Source: Lama guanicoe (taxonomy: Eukaryota). Taken from it: a stretch of DNA of 64,000 bases. Made by a program: the position numbers and the translations under genes. The notes below the pieces were generated by a model. It ran no database searches. It saw only the letters and a program-made list of their open reading frames with translations, and was not told the origin of the DNA. Location of the stretch: positions 2,606,977-2,670,976 of the forward strand of contig MU054338.1 in assembly GCA_013239625.1 (NCBI GenBank). The letters run 5' to 3'. Positions 1 through 12,890 of the stretch are shown in pieces. Every line of letters begins with the position of its first letter. The stretch's first letter is position 1.

Positions 1-1944
1 AGGTTGTGGCTTCTAAATAAAGGCACTCAAGGGAAGACTTCTATTCCAGGGGCATCTGCGCAGACTTTCTTAAACACCAGGACTGTGTAGATAGTTGAGG
101 AGGGGAACGTTCTGGAAGAGGGGATGGCAAGTGCAAAGGCTTCTAGGCGAGATGTTCTTGGCAGGTGAGGAGCACGAGGAGGTGGCTAAGGTGGCTGCCG
201 TGGAATCAAGGCCACCAGGGCTGGGGACAGAGTGCCCCCTAAGGTCCTGAGCTGGGGCAGCCAGGAGACCAGCATCGGGTCTGCATTCTGATCAGATAAG
301 CACTGGTGGAGAAGGGACCACCCTGGATGCATTTGGGATTTGAAGTGAGCAGGATTGGCCTCAGGAGCTGATGGTGAGGATGGATGCCACATCTCAGCCC
401 TGAACAGCCCGAAGGGTGGGGCCGCCACTGGCGGTGGCGGCTAAGGCACGGTTTTGGGGGACCCCCGCCCCCTCCTGGTGGTGTAGGGTGTGCTGTGTCC
501 CTGCTGAGGTGGCAGCTCACCTCCCACTGGCCATTTGGCTCCCTGGGGAAACAGTCACAGCCTCCCCAAGCTGATGGCACAGCAGAAAATCTGGATTCAG
601 CGTGCATCCCCTTCCCCCGCGGCAGCCTCACCTAGAAGTAGGAGTCCTTCCCGGAAAGGGACCCCAGATTCTAGTCCTTCAGTGACCTTTCTTGCAGTTT
701 CTACTGGCAGAGCTCCCTGACTGCCAGGTGGACCGCCCCCCTCCCCTGCCTTCCAGGGGACTCGGTGGGATCTATTGGATGTGAGACCCCCTCCCCCATA
801 AATAATTGCCCCGACTCTTTGGGCAGGTCTGGGCGTGTCTGCAAGTAGCCTCCCTGCAACCAGCCCTCCAATTAGGCTGCCCTTTTCCAGGGCCCCAGCC
901 AGGACTCCGGAGGGACCAGCCCTCCTCAACAAGCAGGAACTGGCGGCAACAACGTGGCGGTGTCAGTGGCCACCTCTGACTGGCTCCAGCTCCAGACCTA
1001 GCCCTGAGAGATGGGTCCTGTGCGTGGAGGCTGCCCAGGCTTGGGTGGGGATGGAGGTGTACAGGGCTGGGTAGAGCTGGGGTACAAACCAGTCCGAGCT
1101 GGTTTCAAATTTGAATTGTGTTTGCTTTTTAAATAGCCTCCCCATTGTGCTGCTTTGGACTTCGGAAGCAGGGGTGGGCCGACCAGGGCCTGCTCCCTGC
1201 TGGCCTTGGCCACGCCAGGCCTGTGCTCAGGTCTCACTGGCGGCTTTTGTGGTGCAAGGCAGAGTGGGGACGTGGAGGCATAAGCCATGTGGCTTACAAA
1301 GCCGAAAATATTTACACCCCTACTCGTTACAGGGACAGTCGGCCCATCACTCTTCTGAAGGGTTTGCAGTATGAAAAAGGCGGATGCCTTACCTCCCAGC
1401 CACTCCAAGGCTGACATGTGGCCAGCTCTTGCACCCCCAGAGACAGCTCTTGCACAGAGCCCCTCCCTCGGTTTTGGCTTTTGATTACACAGATAGCAAC
1501 CCCTGCTCCACACCTGCCTTTTTCACTTAAAACCATCTTGGGGATGAGTCTGTATCGGAGCACCTTTTCACGGTAGCATAGTATTCCCTTGTGTGGGGTC
1601 CCGTGCGGATGCTGACCAGACCACACGGGTGGGCACCTAGGTCATTAACAGTCTTTTGCTGATGAAAACCATCTGGAGTCGCGTCGGGCGGCAGGCGTGG
1701 TCCTGCTGCGCGTACGCGCGTCTGCCAGCGCCAGTGGCCGTGGTCCGGGGTCTGTGCCGGCTTCTCCGCGGAGCCTTTCCCTCCTGCCAGCACGGCCTCG
1801 TCAGTGTCTATCAGACTTCTCCGCCTCTTCCAGTCTTCCAGTCACATGACTGCCGAGTGTAGTGGGTTTTGTTGGGGGGGCGGTATTGGTGTTATTTGTG
1901 TTTTGGTTTTTTTGCTTCATTAAATTGATTTTTACATTGAAGTG

Positions 1945-2335
1945 AGATTTTTTTTAATTGAAGTATATAGTCAGTTTACAATGTTGTGTCAGTTTCTGGT
2001 GTACAGCACAATGCTTCAGTCGTACATGAATATACTTGTATCTGTTTTCATACTCTTTTTCACCGTAAGCTACCACAAGATATCGAATATAGTTCCCTGT
2101 GCTACACAGTATTAACTTGTTTATCCATTTTATGGATACCGGTCAGTGTCTACAAATCTCAAACTCCCAGTTAATCTCTTCCCACCCCCTTCCCCCCGGT
2201 AGCCATAAGTTTGTTTTCTGTGTCTGTGAGTCGGTTTCTGTTTTGTAAATAAATTCTTTTGTCTTTTTTTTTATTGGGTTCCACATATGAGTGATATATC
2301 ATACAGTGTTTTTTTTCCTCTTTCTGGCTTATACA
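1945..2335 (-). mobile_element. LINE-1 3' end, younger laurasiatherian/artiodactyl type
   Basis: Poly-T, then aattgaagtat..tttacaatgttgtgtcagtttctggtgtacagc..atagttccctgtgcta. A similar copy is at 46696-47063. Confidence 0.8.
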
Positions 2336-3900
2336 TTGAGTAAGATCGGCCTATAATCTGATATTAGTTTCTGGTGTACAGCAGAGTGACTTGGCATTTT
2401 TATGCATTGCATAATGATCACCACTTCTCAGCGCAGTTTTATATTTCTAATCATTGAGGTATAATTTACGTAGAGTTAAATCCACAGATATTTAGGGTGT
2501 AATTTGAGTTTTTGCAAATGAACGTACCCGAGTATCCCAAGTGCCATCAAATACAGAACATTTCCGTCAGTGCTAAGTTTCCACGTGCCCCTTCCCTGGC
2601 AGTCCTTGCTTGCCCTGGCCCCAGAGGCCACCATTGTTCCGAGTTCTGTCACACAGGTTCGTTTTGCCTGTTCCAGAATGTGACACGACACACAGGCAGC
2701 ACATACTTCTTTGCATCTGCCTTCTCTGGCTCAGCATTTTGGGTTTCAGATTCATCCATGTCAATGCGTAGATAACAAGTTTTATTTTATTTTATGATTG
2801 TGACACATCTTGCTTGTTCTTCCGTTGGCAGGCTCTCGAGTTGTTTGCAGTTTAGGGCTACTAGGAATAAATTTGCCAAGTGTTCTTGTACAGGTCTTTT
2901 TGTGGACATTTATTTGGGAAATACCTAACAGCAGATTGCTGGTTATAGGGTAGGTTTAGGTTTAACGTTATTAGAAAGTGCCCAACCGTTTTTCCAAAGT
3001 GATTGTACCATGTTACAACCACCCCCCCCCAGCAGAAAGTTCTGGTCACTCCACGTCCTCACCAGTTGGAATTGTTGGTCTTATCATTTTAGCCACTCTA
3101 AGTCGACGTGCGGAGGTTTTAAACCAATCTTGCATGCGTAGGCCGAATCCCAGGGGCCCTGGCCGTTTGCTAGTGTTTTGTTCGAGATTTTTACATCTAT
3201 GTTCATGAGAGCTGTTTGTGTTTTCCCTTTCTTGATGCATTATTGTCGGGTTTTGGAAGCAGAGTTACGCTGCCTCATAAAACGAGTTGAGAAGTTTTCT
3301 TCCTTCTCTGTTTTCTGAAAAAGTTTATATATAAAGTTTACATGGCTTCTTCCTTAAACATTTGATAGAATCCACCAATCTGGACCTGCAGTTTTCTTTG
3401 TGGAAAGGTTTTTAATTATGAATTCAATTTCTTTGACTGATAAAAAGCTTTTCAGACTCTCTAACTCTTGGTGTCAGTTTTGGTAATATGCATCTCTGGA
3501 AGAATTTGTTCATTTCGTCTAAATCGGCGACCTCACTGGCATGACGTTGCTTGTGACTGCCCCGACTGAACCGGAAGGTGTAGGGTCTGTCCTGTTGTCC
3601 ACCTTTCGTTGCTGATACTTCACGTTCTCGCTGTCTGGCTGTCCGGTCTGACTCGGCGTTTATCAGAAACCTGGGGCTTTGCTGGGCTGTCTGTTTCATT
3701 GGCTTCCATCTTCATCTCCTTCCTTCTAATGGCTTTGCTTTTAATTTGCTCTTCTTTTTCTAGCTTCTTGTGGAAGGAGGAAGCATATGTCATTCATTTT
3801 AAACTCTTTTCATTTTTTTTAATAGAAGCATTTAAACCTATACCTTTTCCTCTCACGACTGCTTTAGCTGCCTTCCACACACACATTTTGGAAGGCTGTG
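2335..3900 (-). mobile_element. Cluster of old L1M fragments in a PIAS4 intron
   Basis: AT-rich, with L1-like phrases (ttgaggtataattt, agattcatccatgt, tttgatagaatccacca, gtcagttttggtaat). Confidence 0.65.
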
Positions 3901-4782
3901 TTTCTCATCCAGGCCAGAGCACTTTCTGATCGCACCTGGGGTTCTCAGTGCAGGTACGACTGAGAGTAAAGACCCAGCTCTTCACCACCAAGGTCTCAGT
4001 CCCCTGGCAGACTCCCCCAGCCTCTAGGGGGTCTCCAGTGGGTGCCTTGTGACGCGAGCATGGCTCTGTGTGCCCTGGCCCTGCTGCCCTCCTCACACTT
4101 CCCACTGTGAGCCAGGCCAGACTGCTCTGTGACTCTGATTTTGTGCACTTGGACTTTTACTGCTGGTTCAATTCCTTATCTCCTCAGCCAGCCCGTGAGT
4201 GCCTGAGGCGGGATTTTGTTCAGCCTGTGCCCTGTCCCCTCTGGCAGTGCTGTGCAGGGCCCACTGAGAACCCATCACGTGCAGGGCCTGGGCCGAGTGC
4301 CTCACGGTTGGGCACGTGCTCACAGGTGCCTGGAACAGCCCTGCGATTTAGGGACAGGGCAGTCACTGGTGTCTCTCGGACCTGGAGCAAGCAGCTGACC
4401 TGAGGGCACTTGGCCTGTCGTGCTGTCTCCTGCCAGCCTGCCGGGCTCTTCTCCTGGCACGAACAGCTCTCAGTCCTCTTGAGTAGATGCCTGAACTCTG
4501 GAGGGCTGAGAAGGCTGTTACTCCCCGAGTGACCCTCAGTGGGGGGCGTGGGGGACACAAGTGTTCCCTGAACCATAGGCTGTAGTTAGTGGCCCCAAGA
4601 AGGGGCAGGATCCCCCCATCCCTGGAGGTCCCCCGTCCAGCCTACATGTCCAGCCACACGGATGGGGCTCAGCCTCCCATTTCCTGCTTCCCAGTCTGAA
4701 GATGGCCGGGCCTGTAGGAATGACCATGGTCAGCGCCTGCGCCAGGGACCAAACGTGACCCTGACCCCGAATTTGTCTCCAG

Positions 4783-4867
4783 TTCCACAGAATAATGAGA
4801 AGCTTCAGGAGAGCCCATGCATCTTCGCCTTGACGCCCAGACAGGTGGAGCTGATCCGGAACTCCAG
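4783..4867 (+). CDS. PIAS4: PIAS4 (E3 SUMO-protein ligase PIASy) coding exon, ~exon 3
   Basis: AG|TTCCACAG...CTCCAG|GT boundaries. Encodes (V)[27 protein letters not shown](R), the PINIT region of PIAS4. Earlier exons (SAP domain) lie outside the window. Confidence 0.96.
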
Positions 4868-5494
4868 GTGCGCCAGGGCCGCAGCAGAACCTGGGCTCAG
4901 TGCTGGGGGAAGGGAGGCCCCAGCCTGCTCAGGGCCCGTGCTCTCACGGCCTTTGACCCACAGCCCTGAGGCAGGCCAGCCATCCTTCTTTAACAGAGCC
5001 CCGCCTGGGTGCTGCTAGCATCGGGGCTTGCGTTCTCTTGGGGGGTGTGGAGCAGACTCCCTGGCCCTGCTGTCTCCATGCCAGGAGCGCCCCGCCATGA
5101 CCACCAGAGACGTCCCCAGACATCACCAGTGTCGTGGGGGCGGGACTGTCCGGTGGGGACACTGGGCTGTAGCAGATGACGGTTGGAGGCTGGTTCCGGG
5201 CTGCGACTCTGCTCTCTGAGGCCTCCGTCTCCAGCCGTTTGTCAGGCACCCACCAACCCACTATCCACACCAGCCCCCCACTTTTCAGAGAGAGGAGGTC
5301 ATTTGCCCAAGTCACCAGTGGGTCAGTGGCAGGAGAGAATGTTCTAGATAGTACCCCTTGGCCTTTGGTTGTTATAGAAGGTAGCAGGTTAGTCCACCCA
5401 CCTGGCCCAGGAGGGGCCCACAGTCCCCAGCAAAGGATTAGAGTGGCTCCCGGCACGCTCCCCCACTGACCCCTCTTCTCCTCCCCGTGCACAG

Positions 5495-5536
5495 AGAACT
5501 GCAGCCCGGGATTAAGGCCGTGCAGGTCGTCCTAAG
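5495..5536 (+). CDS. PIAS4: PIAS4 coding exon, ~exon 4 (42 bp)
   Basis: cacag|AGAACTG...CTAAG|gtaagc. Encodes ELQPGIKAVQVVL, in frame with its neighbours. Confidence 0.95.
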
Positions 5537-5889
5537 GTAAGCCCAGGTGTGCCAGGACCCTGGGCGGGGGCCCGGCAGGGACACTTACCTGACTCTACCG
5601 CCCTGACCCTGGGTGGCCAACGTCCTGCCATGTCCCGCCCCAGGCCACTCTCAGAACCCCCTGCTTCTCCTTGTTATCTGGCCTTGTCTGTGGGGCATCA
5701 CCACACAGCCCCACTCAGGCCAGACACGGGACCCCTGACACCTCCCACCTACAGTCCAGCATTGAGATCTACCCATCAGGCCTGACAGGGCCTCTGTCGC
5801 CTCCACCCACCGTCTGTCCTCCCCGCCGTCCCAGTGGGCCCTCCCCTGCCCGAGGTGCTGCGGCCCTATGGTCCCCACTGTCCTTGCAG

Positions 5890-5980
5890 AATCTGCTATT
5901 CAGACACCAGCAGCCCTCAGGAAGACCAGTACCCACCCAACATTGCAGTGAAGGTCAACCACAGCTACTGCTCTGTCCCG
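5890..5980 (+). CDS. PIAS4: PIAS4 coding exon, ~exon 5
   Basis: ttgcag|AATCTGC...GTCCCG|gtgagt. Encodes [30 protein letters not shown]. Confidence 0.96.
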
Positions 5981-6101
5981 GTGAGTGCGGCCCTGCCTCT
6001 GGCATCTGTGGTGGTGGGGGGGGAGGGGACAGAGAACAGAGAGTAGAGGGGGTGACGCTGAACACCTCGGTGATGGTGTGAGCTGGCCTGTCTGCTCTCA
6101 G

Positions 6102-6230
6102 GGCTACTATCCCTCGAATAAACCCGGCGTGGAGCCCAAGAGGCCGTGCCGCCCCATCAACCTCACGCACCTCATGTACCTGTCCTCGGCCACCAACCGC
6201 ATCACCGTCACCTGGGGCAACTATGGCAAG
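6102..6230 (+). CDS. PIAS4: PIAS4 coding exon, ~exon 6 (PINLT motif)
   Basis: ctcag|GGCTAC...GGCAAG|gtgagc. Encodes [43 protein letters not shown]. Confidence 0.97.
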
Positions 6231-6327
6231 GTGAGCTGGCCCTGCCACCCCTGCCCTTTCCCTCCTACCCCCTCCAGTCACCCACCCTTCCTCCAGCTCA
6301 GTCTTGACTCCCCTTCCCTGCCCTCAG

Positions 6328-6433
6328 AGTTACTCCGTGGCCTTGTACTTGGTGCGGCAACTGACCTCCTCAGAGCTGCTGCAGAGGTTGAAGACCATCG
6401 GGGTTAAGCACCCGGAGCTGTGCAAGGCGCTGG
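6328..6433 (+). CDS. PIAS4: PIAS4 coding exon, ~exon 7
   Basis: ctcag|AGTTAC...CTGG|gtgagc. Encodes [35 protein letters not shown]. Confidence 0.96.
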
Positions 6434-8869
6434 GTGAGCCCTGGGGCCTTTGTGCTGATGGGTGGGGCTCCCACGGCCCCTGGGGGTGGTTGCAGCTCCG
6501 TCATCTCAGACGTTCCCTGTCCCGGGTGTGAGGTGCAGGCCCAGTCCTCATGGGAGCGTGTTGCCTGTGAGGGGTCTCCTGACAGGGCACCTTGACCTTC
6601 CAGGGCCCAGCTATCACCGTGGGGGTTAGGGAGCTCTGAGAGGTCTGTGGAGGGTGTGGAAGGAGGAGGGGGAGCCAGGCAGCAAACCTTCAGTGCAAAG
6701 TCCCTGAGGCAGGGATGAGCAAGGCGTGCTGGCAGGCCCCAGGGAGCCCAGTGAGTAGGGCGAGGAGAGCTAGGGTGGGGGCTGTCGGGGTCCACAGGCC
6801 GAGCACATGCGGCAAGGAGCCTTGGAGCCTTGCTGGGAGGGGCCAACCCACGTGGTCTGTGCTCAGGCAGGTGCTTCTGGCTGCCCTGCAGGGGATGGGG
6901 CAGGTCGGGGCCGGGGCTCAGAGAGTTGGAGCAGAAGACGGGCTCACGGCGGAGGTGCACGCCTGGTGATGAAGGTCTGACCGGAAAGCCGAGACCACTC
7001 ATTTGCTGTTGTGCTCTAACAACCGAAGAAAGGGGGTGAGAATACAGAGGGCATTTCAACGAAGCCAAAACCTCCCCTTAGACCAGCAGCGGAGCGGGGC
7101 TGCCCGGCACACAGCGGTGCTCAGGAGTTTCCTCCCGGGTCGCCCAGACGCCCGCCTGGCTTGGCTTCTGACCCCAGCCTCATGACGGCTCTGGGCAGTG
7201 GGACCTGGCCGTGTCCCAGTCTGACCTGTGGGGACAGACATTGGGGTGCAGCATGGCCGAGTTAGGGGGCTGTGACCCCGGGACCTCTGCCTAGGCGCCC
7301 TGCTCCACTGCCTCTCTTTTCACCAAGGGCCCCTTTTCTTCAGCCCCACCCCCACCTGCCTGTTGGCCTGCAGGGACGGTGGCCAGCTTGACCAGAGGAG
7401 GCAGGCTCCCCGCAGCAGCTGGCTAGCCGCAGTGCCTGTTGGCAGGTGCAGGGATTGGTGCAGGGCTGGGTAGGGCTCATCTAGGCAGCAGGGGCTACAG
7501 GGTGGGGACCGGCTGGTGGAGGCCTGGCTTGACTCCTCAGTGACCAGCCAGGAGCCAAGGCCTAAGGCAGTGCTGGGGGCCCTCAGGGTGTGTGTCGCTC
7601 TGTGCGTGCCAGCCTGGGCCTGTGCTGGGCAGGGCTTCCTCTCTGCAGCCAGCCTCCCGCCGGGCATCATCGCTGCTGGGTTTGTTCCTCTCTAGTTTCG
7701 GCCGGGAAGTTCTGTTGAACCTTTTCTGCTGCACACGCCTTCCCTCTCTTAGGTAGGGGAGGAAGAGGCCTTGCTTTGAAACAGTGGATGCTGCATCTAT
7801 TCTTAGCTGTCCCGGGTCTTTTAGAGGGGCCGAGGCCTCTGGGTCCACCATCAGTTAGCACTTGTTAGCCAGAGAGGGGAGCCACAGGGTAGAAATTCAT
7901 ACTGAGGTGTGAATGACTGGTGTGACCTTAGGGACAGTGGGGGAGTGGTGGGGGAGAGAGGGCGGGGGCAAGCTGGCAAGTCACCCTCAGCCCCCCGTGG
8001 GATCGGCTTTCTGGAGGAGAGGGCGCAGGAGTTGTGTTGGGGGAGGGGCAGTTCCAGGCCCCTGGCAAGGTGGCCTCCCCCACTGCAGGGCCCGGGGTTG
8101 ATCTTCTCCTGAGCCATCTGGGAATGAAGTTTAACGAGGTGCCCCTCAGGTGCGTCCGCCAGCCTCCCTGCGCCCCCTGCAGGCCCATCCCCAGGGCTAC
8201 ATTAGGCAAGTTTCCTTCCAGGCTTTTTTCCAGCCTTGTGTGTTTGCAGTAGGGTGGCCTTAGTGGCGGGTACCTGCTGTCTTCTCATCTGATAGAGAAG
8301 CAGACTCAGATGGTGCCAGAGAGCCACACTCGTGGGCCTGCTCTTGTCCCCCGGGTCCGCGGTAGGCACTCCTGACCTGGCATCGGGGCTTCCCAGCCCT
8401 TGGAGTGTGCAGGAGGCCGTCGGCACTGCCTCACCCACCCCAGAGTCCTCAGGGAGGTTTTCACGGGAATTAACAGTCACAGTAGGTGGCCTGTGTTAGC
8501 TGCTTGTTGCCTGGATCTTTTCAGAAAAGTCCCATGGGTCATGAAAAGCCCCAGCAGGGCAGGCTTATTTGGGGGGCCTGTCCCCCATCGTCACGCACCC
8601 GGAAATAACTAGCTGCTGCCCAGAGGTTTTTAATGTAGGTGCTCTCTGTAGCCCCCGGGCCTGGAGCTAAAACTCATGTCTCATCATCCTGGAGGTGGGT
8701 ATTAGGGTGCTCGTTATGTGGAACGCTGCCCTTCTGAAACAAGGGTGCCAAGCGTGCTCGCTGCTGCCCTCCGAGCACCTCTGAGTGCTGCAGAGAACCC
8801 GCCTCTGGCCCCAGGCCTGCAGGCATCTCCGTCCCTTCCCTGCTGATCTAGGCCGCCCCTTCCCCACAG

Positions 8870-8943
8870 TCAAAGAGAAGCTGCGCCTAGACCCCGACAG
8901 CGAGATCGCCACCACGGGCGTGCGGGTCTCCCTCATCTGCCCG
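8870..8943 (+). CDS. PIAS4: PIAS4 coding exon, ~exon 8 (start of SP-RING)
   Basis: cacag|TCAAAG...TGCCCG|gtgagt. Encodes (V)[24 protein letters not shown]. Confidence 0.96.
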
Positions 8944-9035
8944 GTGAGTGAGGGCGCGCGGTGGCCTGGGGCAGCCAGGCGGGCGGTACTGGGCTGGGTG
9001 GCCGCTCACACCTTGTCACCTTTCCGGCTCCGCAG

Positions 9036-9196
9036 CTGGTAAAGATGCGGCTGTCGGTGCCCTGCCGTGCGGAGACCTGCGCCCACCTGCAGTGCTTCGA
9101 CGCCGTCTTCTACCTCCAGATGAATGAGAAGAAGCCCACCTGGATGTGCCCAGTGTGCGACAAGCCGGCCCCCTACGACCAGCTCATCATCGATGG
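9036..9196 (+). CDS. PIAS4: PIAS4 coding exon, ~exon 9 (SP-RING/MIZ zinc finger)
   Basis: cgcag|CTGGTA...GATGG|gtgagt. Encodes [53 protein letters not shown]. Confidence 0.97.
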
Positions 9197-11592
9197 GTGA
9201 GTCGCCGGGGCACTCATGGGGCTGTGCTGGACTCAAGCTCTCACTTCTCAGGGCCCCTGTGGAAGGAGGAATGGAGCCAGGCAACCTGTGAGGCCTCTGT
9301 GGCTCCTCCTCCTGGGACCTCTGGGCAGCCCTGTGGGACATGTCAGGGGTGTTGCTGTGCAGTGGCAATGGTGTCACTTAGGGTTCAGAAGCAGGGCTAG
9401 GGACCCAGGAGGTCCACTGTTGCTTTCCACGTGACCTCGCTGCACGATTCGGGAAGCTGCTTCCTGGGTGGCATTCAGCACAGGCTCTGTCACATCCTGC
9501 ATGTAGGAAGGTGAAGGGGATATGTCTCCCCAAAACTCTGGCTATTTCTGTTGGTCCCTTTGCTAGGTGGTGCCAGCTTGTGGCCAGTCTGCCTCCCCAG
9601 TCTGACTGGCAGGCCCTCCCCTTGCCACAGGGGAACGAGGGGAAAAAGGCCATTCTCCCCAAAAAGGAACCTTTGCTCTGGTCTTAGGTTTCCAGAAACT
9701 GAGCCTAGCACCTGACTGACCAGCTCCTGCCAGGCGCCAGCCACACCCGTTTCTGTCCCCAGAGCCGGGGCAGGGGAGGGAACAGGGTGGCCCAGGGAGG
9801 AGCAGGCCAGGGGCAGTGTGGCCGAGTCTGATAGCCACTCTCTGAATCACCGGCTACATGGCCCACACCAGTGCGTGGCGGTCGAGGTGCAGCTAGGGCA
9901 CATGCTGTGGGGAAGGGAGTGGCCGTGACCTGCAGTGGCCACGTGTGAGTTGTCCCCACGGTCAGCCACTTGTCTCCATCTGATCACCGCACGTGAGGTC
10001 CTGCCAAGCCCTCCCTCTCAACCATCCTGGGAGCTGGACCTTGATCCTCTCCACCTTATGAGGAAACTGAGGCTCAGAAGGTGCCCCCCCCAGCTCACAG
10101 GTGGCCAGGCTGGGACTCTGACCACACTATGGCAAGCTCTGAGCCTGGGTCCTCTCCCCAGGAGGACTGAGCTGCCACCCCCAAGCAGTCCAGCCTCAGG
10201 GTGGAGTGAGGAGGCCCCTGGGGCCGGGCACAAGGGCTGGGCCTGAATGGCAGCTCTGTTCCTGGCCTGGCAGCTGTGCGGCCCAGAGCCCGACTTCCCC
10301 CCACAGGCCTGGAGTGGGCCACCCAGGCTTGGGTGGTGGTAACTGTGACAGCTCTAGGGACAGACAAGACTGGGGCTGGGCATTGTGACGGTGTCCCACA
10401 CAGACTGCAATTCCACTAGCCCATGGAGCCTGGGTGTAGCCAGGGAGGCTTAGGGTCCTTGATTTATGCATTTATTCCTTGAGGCTCTACCAGTTTGTTC
10501 CTGGCCCTGAGCTGAGTGACTCAGGGGTCCCCAAAAGGACTCTTCGTTCAGGGGACTCCCAACTGGGCATGAGGGGTGGGGGGACCAAGCCAGACACAGA
10601 TAATTCCTGTTGTCTGTGCTCTGCCTGGAGACAAGCCATAGAGTGGGGCTTTGGATGGTGAGTCGGAGTTTTCCAGGTAGTGAAGTGCATTGCAGGGAGA
10701 GTTGTGTTCACACCAGGGTAACCCTGGGGTGGTGGGTCTGTGAGTGTGACGGTGGAGACAAGGCCTCAAGGTGGGCCTGGGAGGGTCCACGTCAGCCACA
10801 GGGGTGTCCTACACAAGGCTTCCCTGCTGTGTGACCATGACCCAGGCGGTCGAAGTCACCTGGAGGCAGGTGCAGCATTGAGGTTGAACAAACGCTGGGG
10901 GCTCTGGTATGTTCCCTGCACCCAGCCTGGTGTGGGCACTTGGCCACTCCTCAGATCCCTGCAGCTGCTGGAGATGGTGGGCCCTGTGCCTGCCTCATCC
11001 TGCAGACAGGGAGACCAAGGCTGGTGGTCAGGAAGTAGCTGGAGGTTAGGACTTGAACCCAGGCCTGCTGCTGCCTGGCCTTGTGGCCTCAGGAGGACTC
11101 ACCTCCCCATCCCAGGCTTTAGTTTCCCCAACTGTAAAATGGGCCTTGCTGGCTGTACCTCAGAGAACAGTGCCCAGGGCCACAGCTCGCCATGGGGCCC
11201 TCGGGTTGCTGCTGGCCATATGGGAATTATGTGGGCTCATTCTGTTCCCAGGTGAACTGAGCCTGTTTCCTCATCTGTAAAAACAGGGGCAACACAGAAT
11301 CAGTATGGGAGGGTGGGAGCCCCTCATTTAGGAGGTCAAGTGGCCCCCTAGGCCTCATGCTCTCGAGTAATTGGAGTGCAGGCCCCATTCTCTGTCCCGG
11401 CTGGCTGTCACCTCAGTCCCCTTGCCATGAGTAGCTCATTGCAGGCCCTCCTGGAACCCCAGGTCACCAGGCCTGGCCAGTGCTGCCCTGAAGCCCCTTC
11501 TGCAGAGAAGGAAGTGGCTCAGCAAGCATCCCACCCAGTCCAGGAGAGCAGGGTGTGGCCCAGGAATCAGCAGCCACTCCTCCCGCCCCCAG

Positions 11593-11723
11593 GCTCCTCT
11601 CTAAGATCCTGAGTGAGTGTGAGGACGCCGACGAAATCGAGTACCTGGTGGACGGCTCGTGGTGCCCAATCCGCGCCGAGAAGGAGCGCAGCTGCAGCCC
11701 CCAGTGCCCCATCCTCGTGCTCG
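11593..11723 (+). CDS. PIAS4: PIAS4 coding exon, ~exon 10
   Basis: cccag|GCTCCTC...CTCG|gtgagg. Encodes [43 protein letters not shown]. Confidence 0.96.
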
Positions 11724-12039
11724 GTGAGGCTTCACCCAGGCTTGACCCAAATCCCTGTTCCGGGGTTTGGCACTCTCTGAGTTAGACTTGTATCCACTGT
11801 GGGGCCTTTTTGTCTAAAACACAACCATCCCGGGGAGTCGACCCCCTTGGAGCAGGGTGGCTGAGGTGGTTAGTGAGTGCTCGCTGTGTGCTGGGCCCTG
11901 TGCAGAGCGTGGGGGACCCGGCATCGTCAGGCCACCTCACCCCGTCCTCAGAGGTGTGCTGCGCGACAAGGCTGGCCTACCCTTCACCGGCCTCGACTCC
12001 TCAACAGCCATCCCGAGCATCTGTCCCTGTCTCCCGCAG

Positions 12040-12136
12040 GCACCTCGGACGCCAGTGGGCTCCTACCCACCCCCAGCGTCAACGGCGGGGGCGGTGGTGC
12101 TGGTGGGGGCACCGGAGGCGGCGGCGGCGGGGGTGG
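12040..12136 (+). CDS. PIAS4: PIAS4 last coding exon, partial; the stop codon lies in the assembly gap
   Basis: cgcag|GCACCTCG. Encodes TSDASGLLPTPSVNGGGGGAGGGTGGGGGGG, then runs into Ns at 12137. Confidence 0.9.
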
Positions 12137-12890
12137 NNNNNNNNNNNNNNNNNNNNNNNNNNNNNNNNNNNNNNNNNNNNNNNNNNNNNNNNNNNNNNNN
12201 NNNNNNNNNNNNNNNNNNNNNNNNNNNNNNNNNNNNNNNNNNNNNNNNNNNNNNNNNNNNNNNNNNNNNNNNNNNNNNNNNNNNNNNNNNNNNNNNNNNN
12301 NNNNNNNNNNNNNNNNNNNNNNNNNNNNNNNNNNNNNNNNNNNNNNNNNNNNNNNNNNNNNNNNNNNNNNNNNNNNNNNNNNNNNNNNNNNNNNNNNNNN
12401 NNNNNNNNNNNNNNNNNNNNNNNNNNNNNNNNNNNNNNNNNNNNNNNNNNNNNNNNNNNNNNNNNNNNNNNNNNNNNNNNNNNNNNNNNNNNNNNNNNNN
12501 NNNNNNNNNNNNNNNNNNNNNNNNNNNNNNNNNNNNNNNNNNNNNNNNNNNNNNNNNNNNNNNNNNNNNNNNNNNNNNNNNNNNNNNNNNNNNNNNNNNN
12601 NNNNNNNNNNNNNNNNNNNNNNNNNNNNNNNNNNNNNNNNNNNNNNNNNNNNNNNNNNNNNNNNNNNNNNNNNNNNNNNNNNNNNNNNNNNNNNNNNNNN
12701 NNNNNNNNNNNNNNNNNNNNNNNNNNNNNNNNNNNNNNNNNNNNNNNNNNNNNNNNNNNNNNNNNNNNNNNNNNNNNNNNNNNNNNNNNNNNNNNNNNNN
12801 NNNNNNNNNNNNNNNNNNNNNNNNNNNNNNNNNNNNNNNNNNNNNNNNNNNNNNNNNNNNNNNNNNNNNNNNNNNNNNNNNNNNNNNNNN
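12137..12890. other. Assembly gap; further gaps at 34220-34277, 34661-34847 and 35409-35488
   Basis: Runs of N. Confidence 1.
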
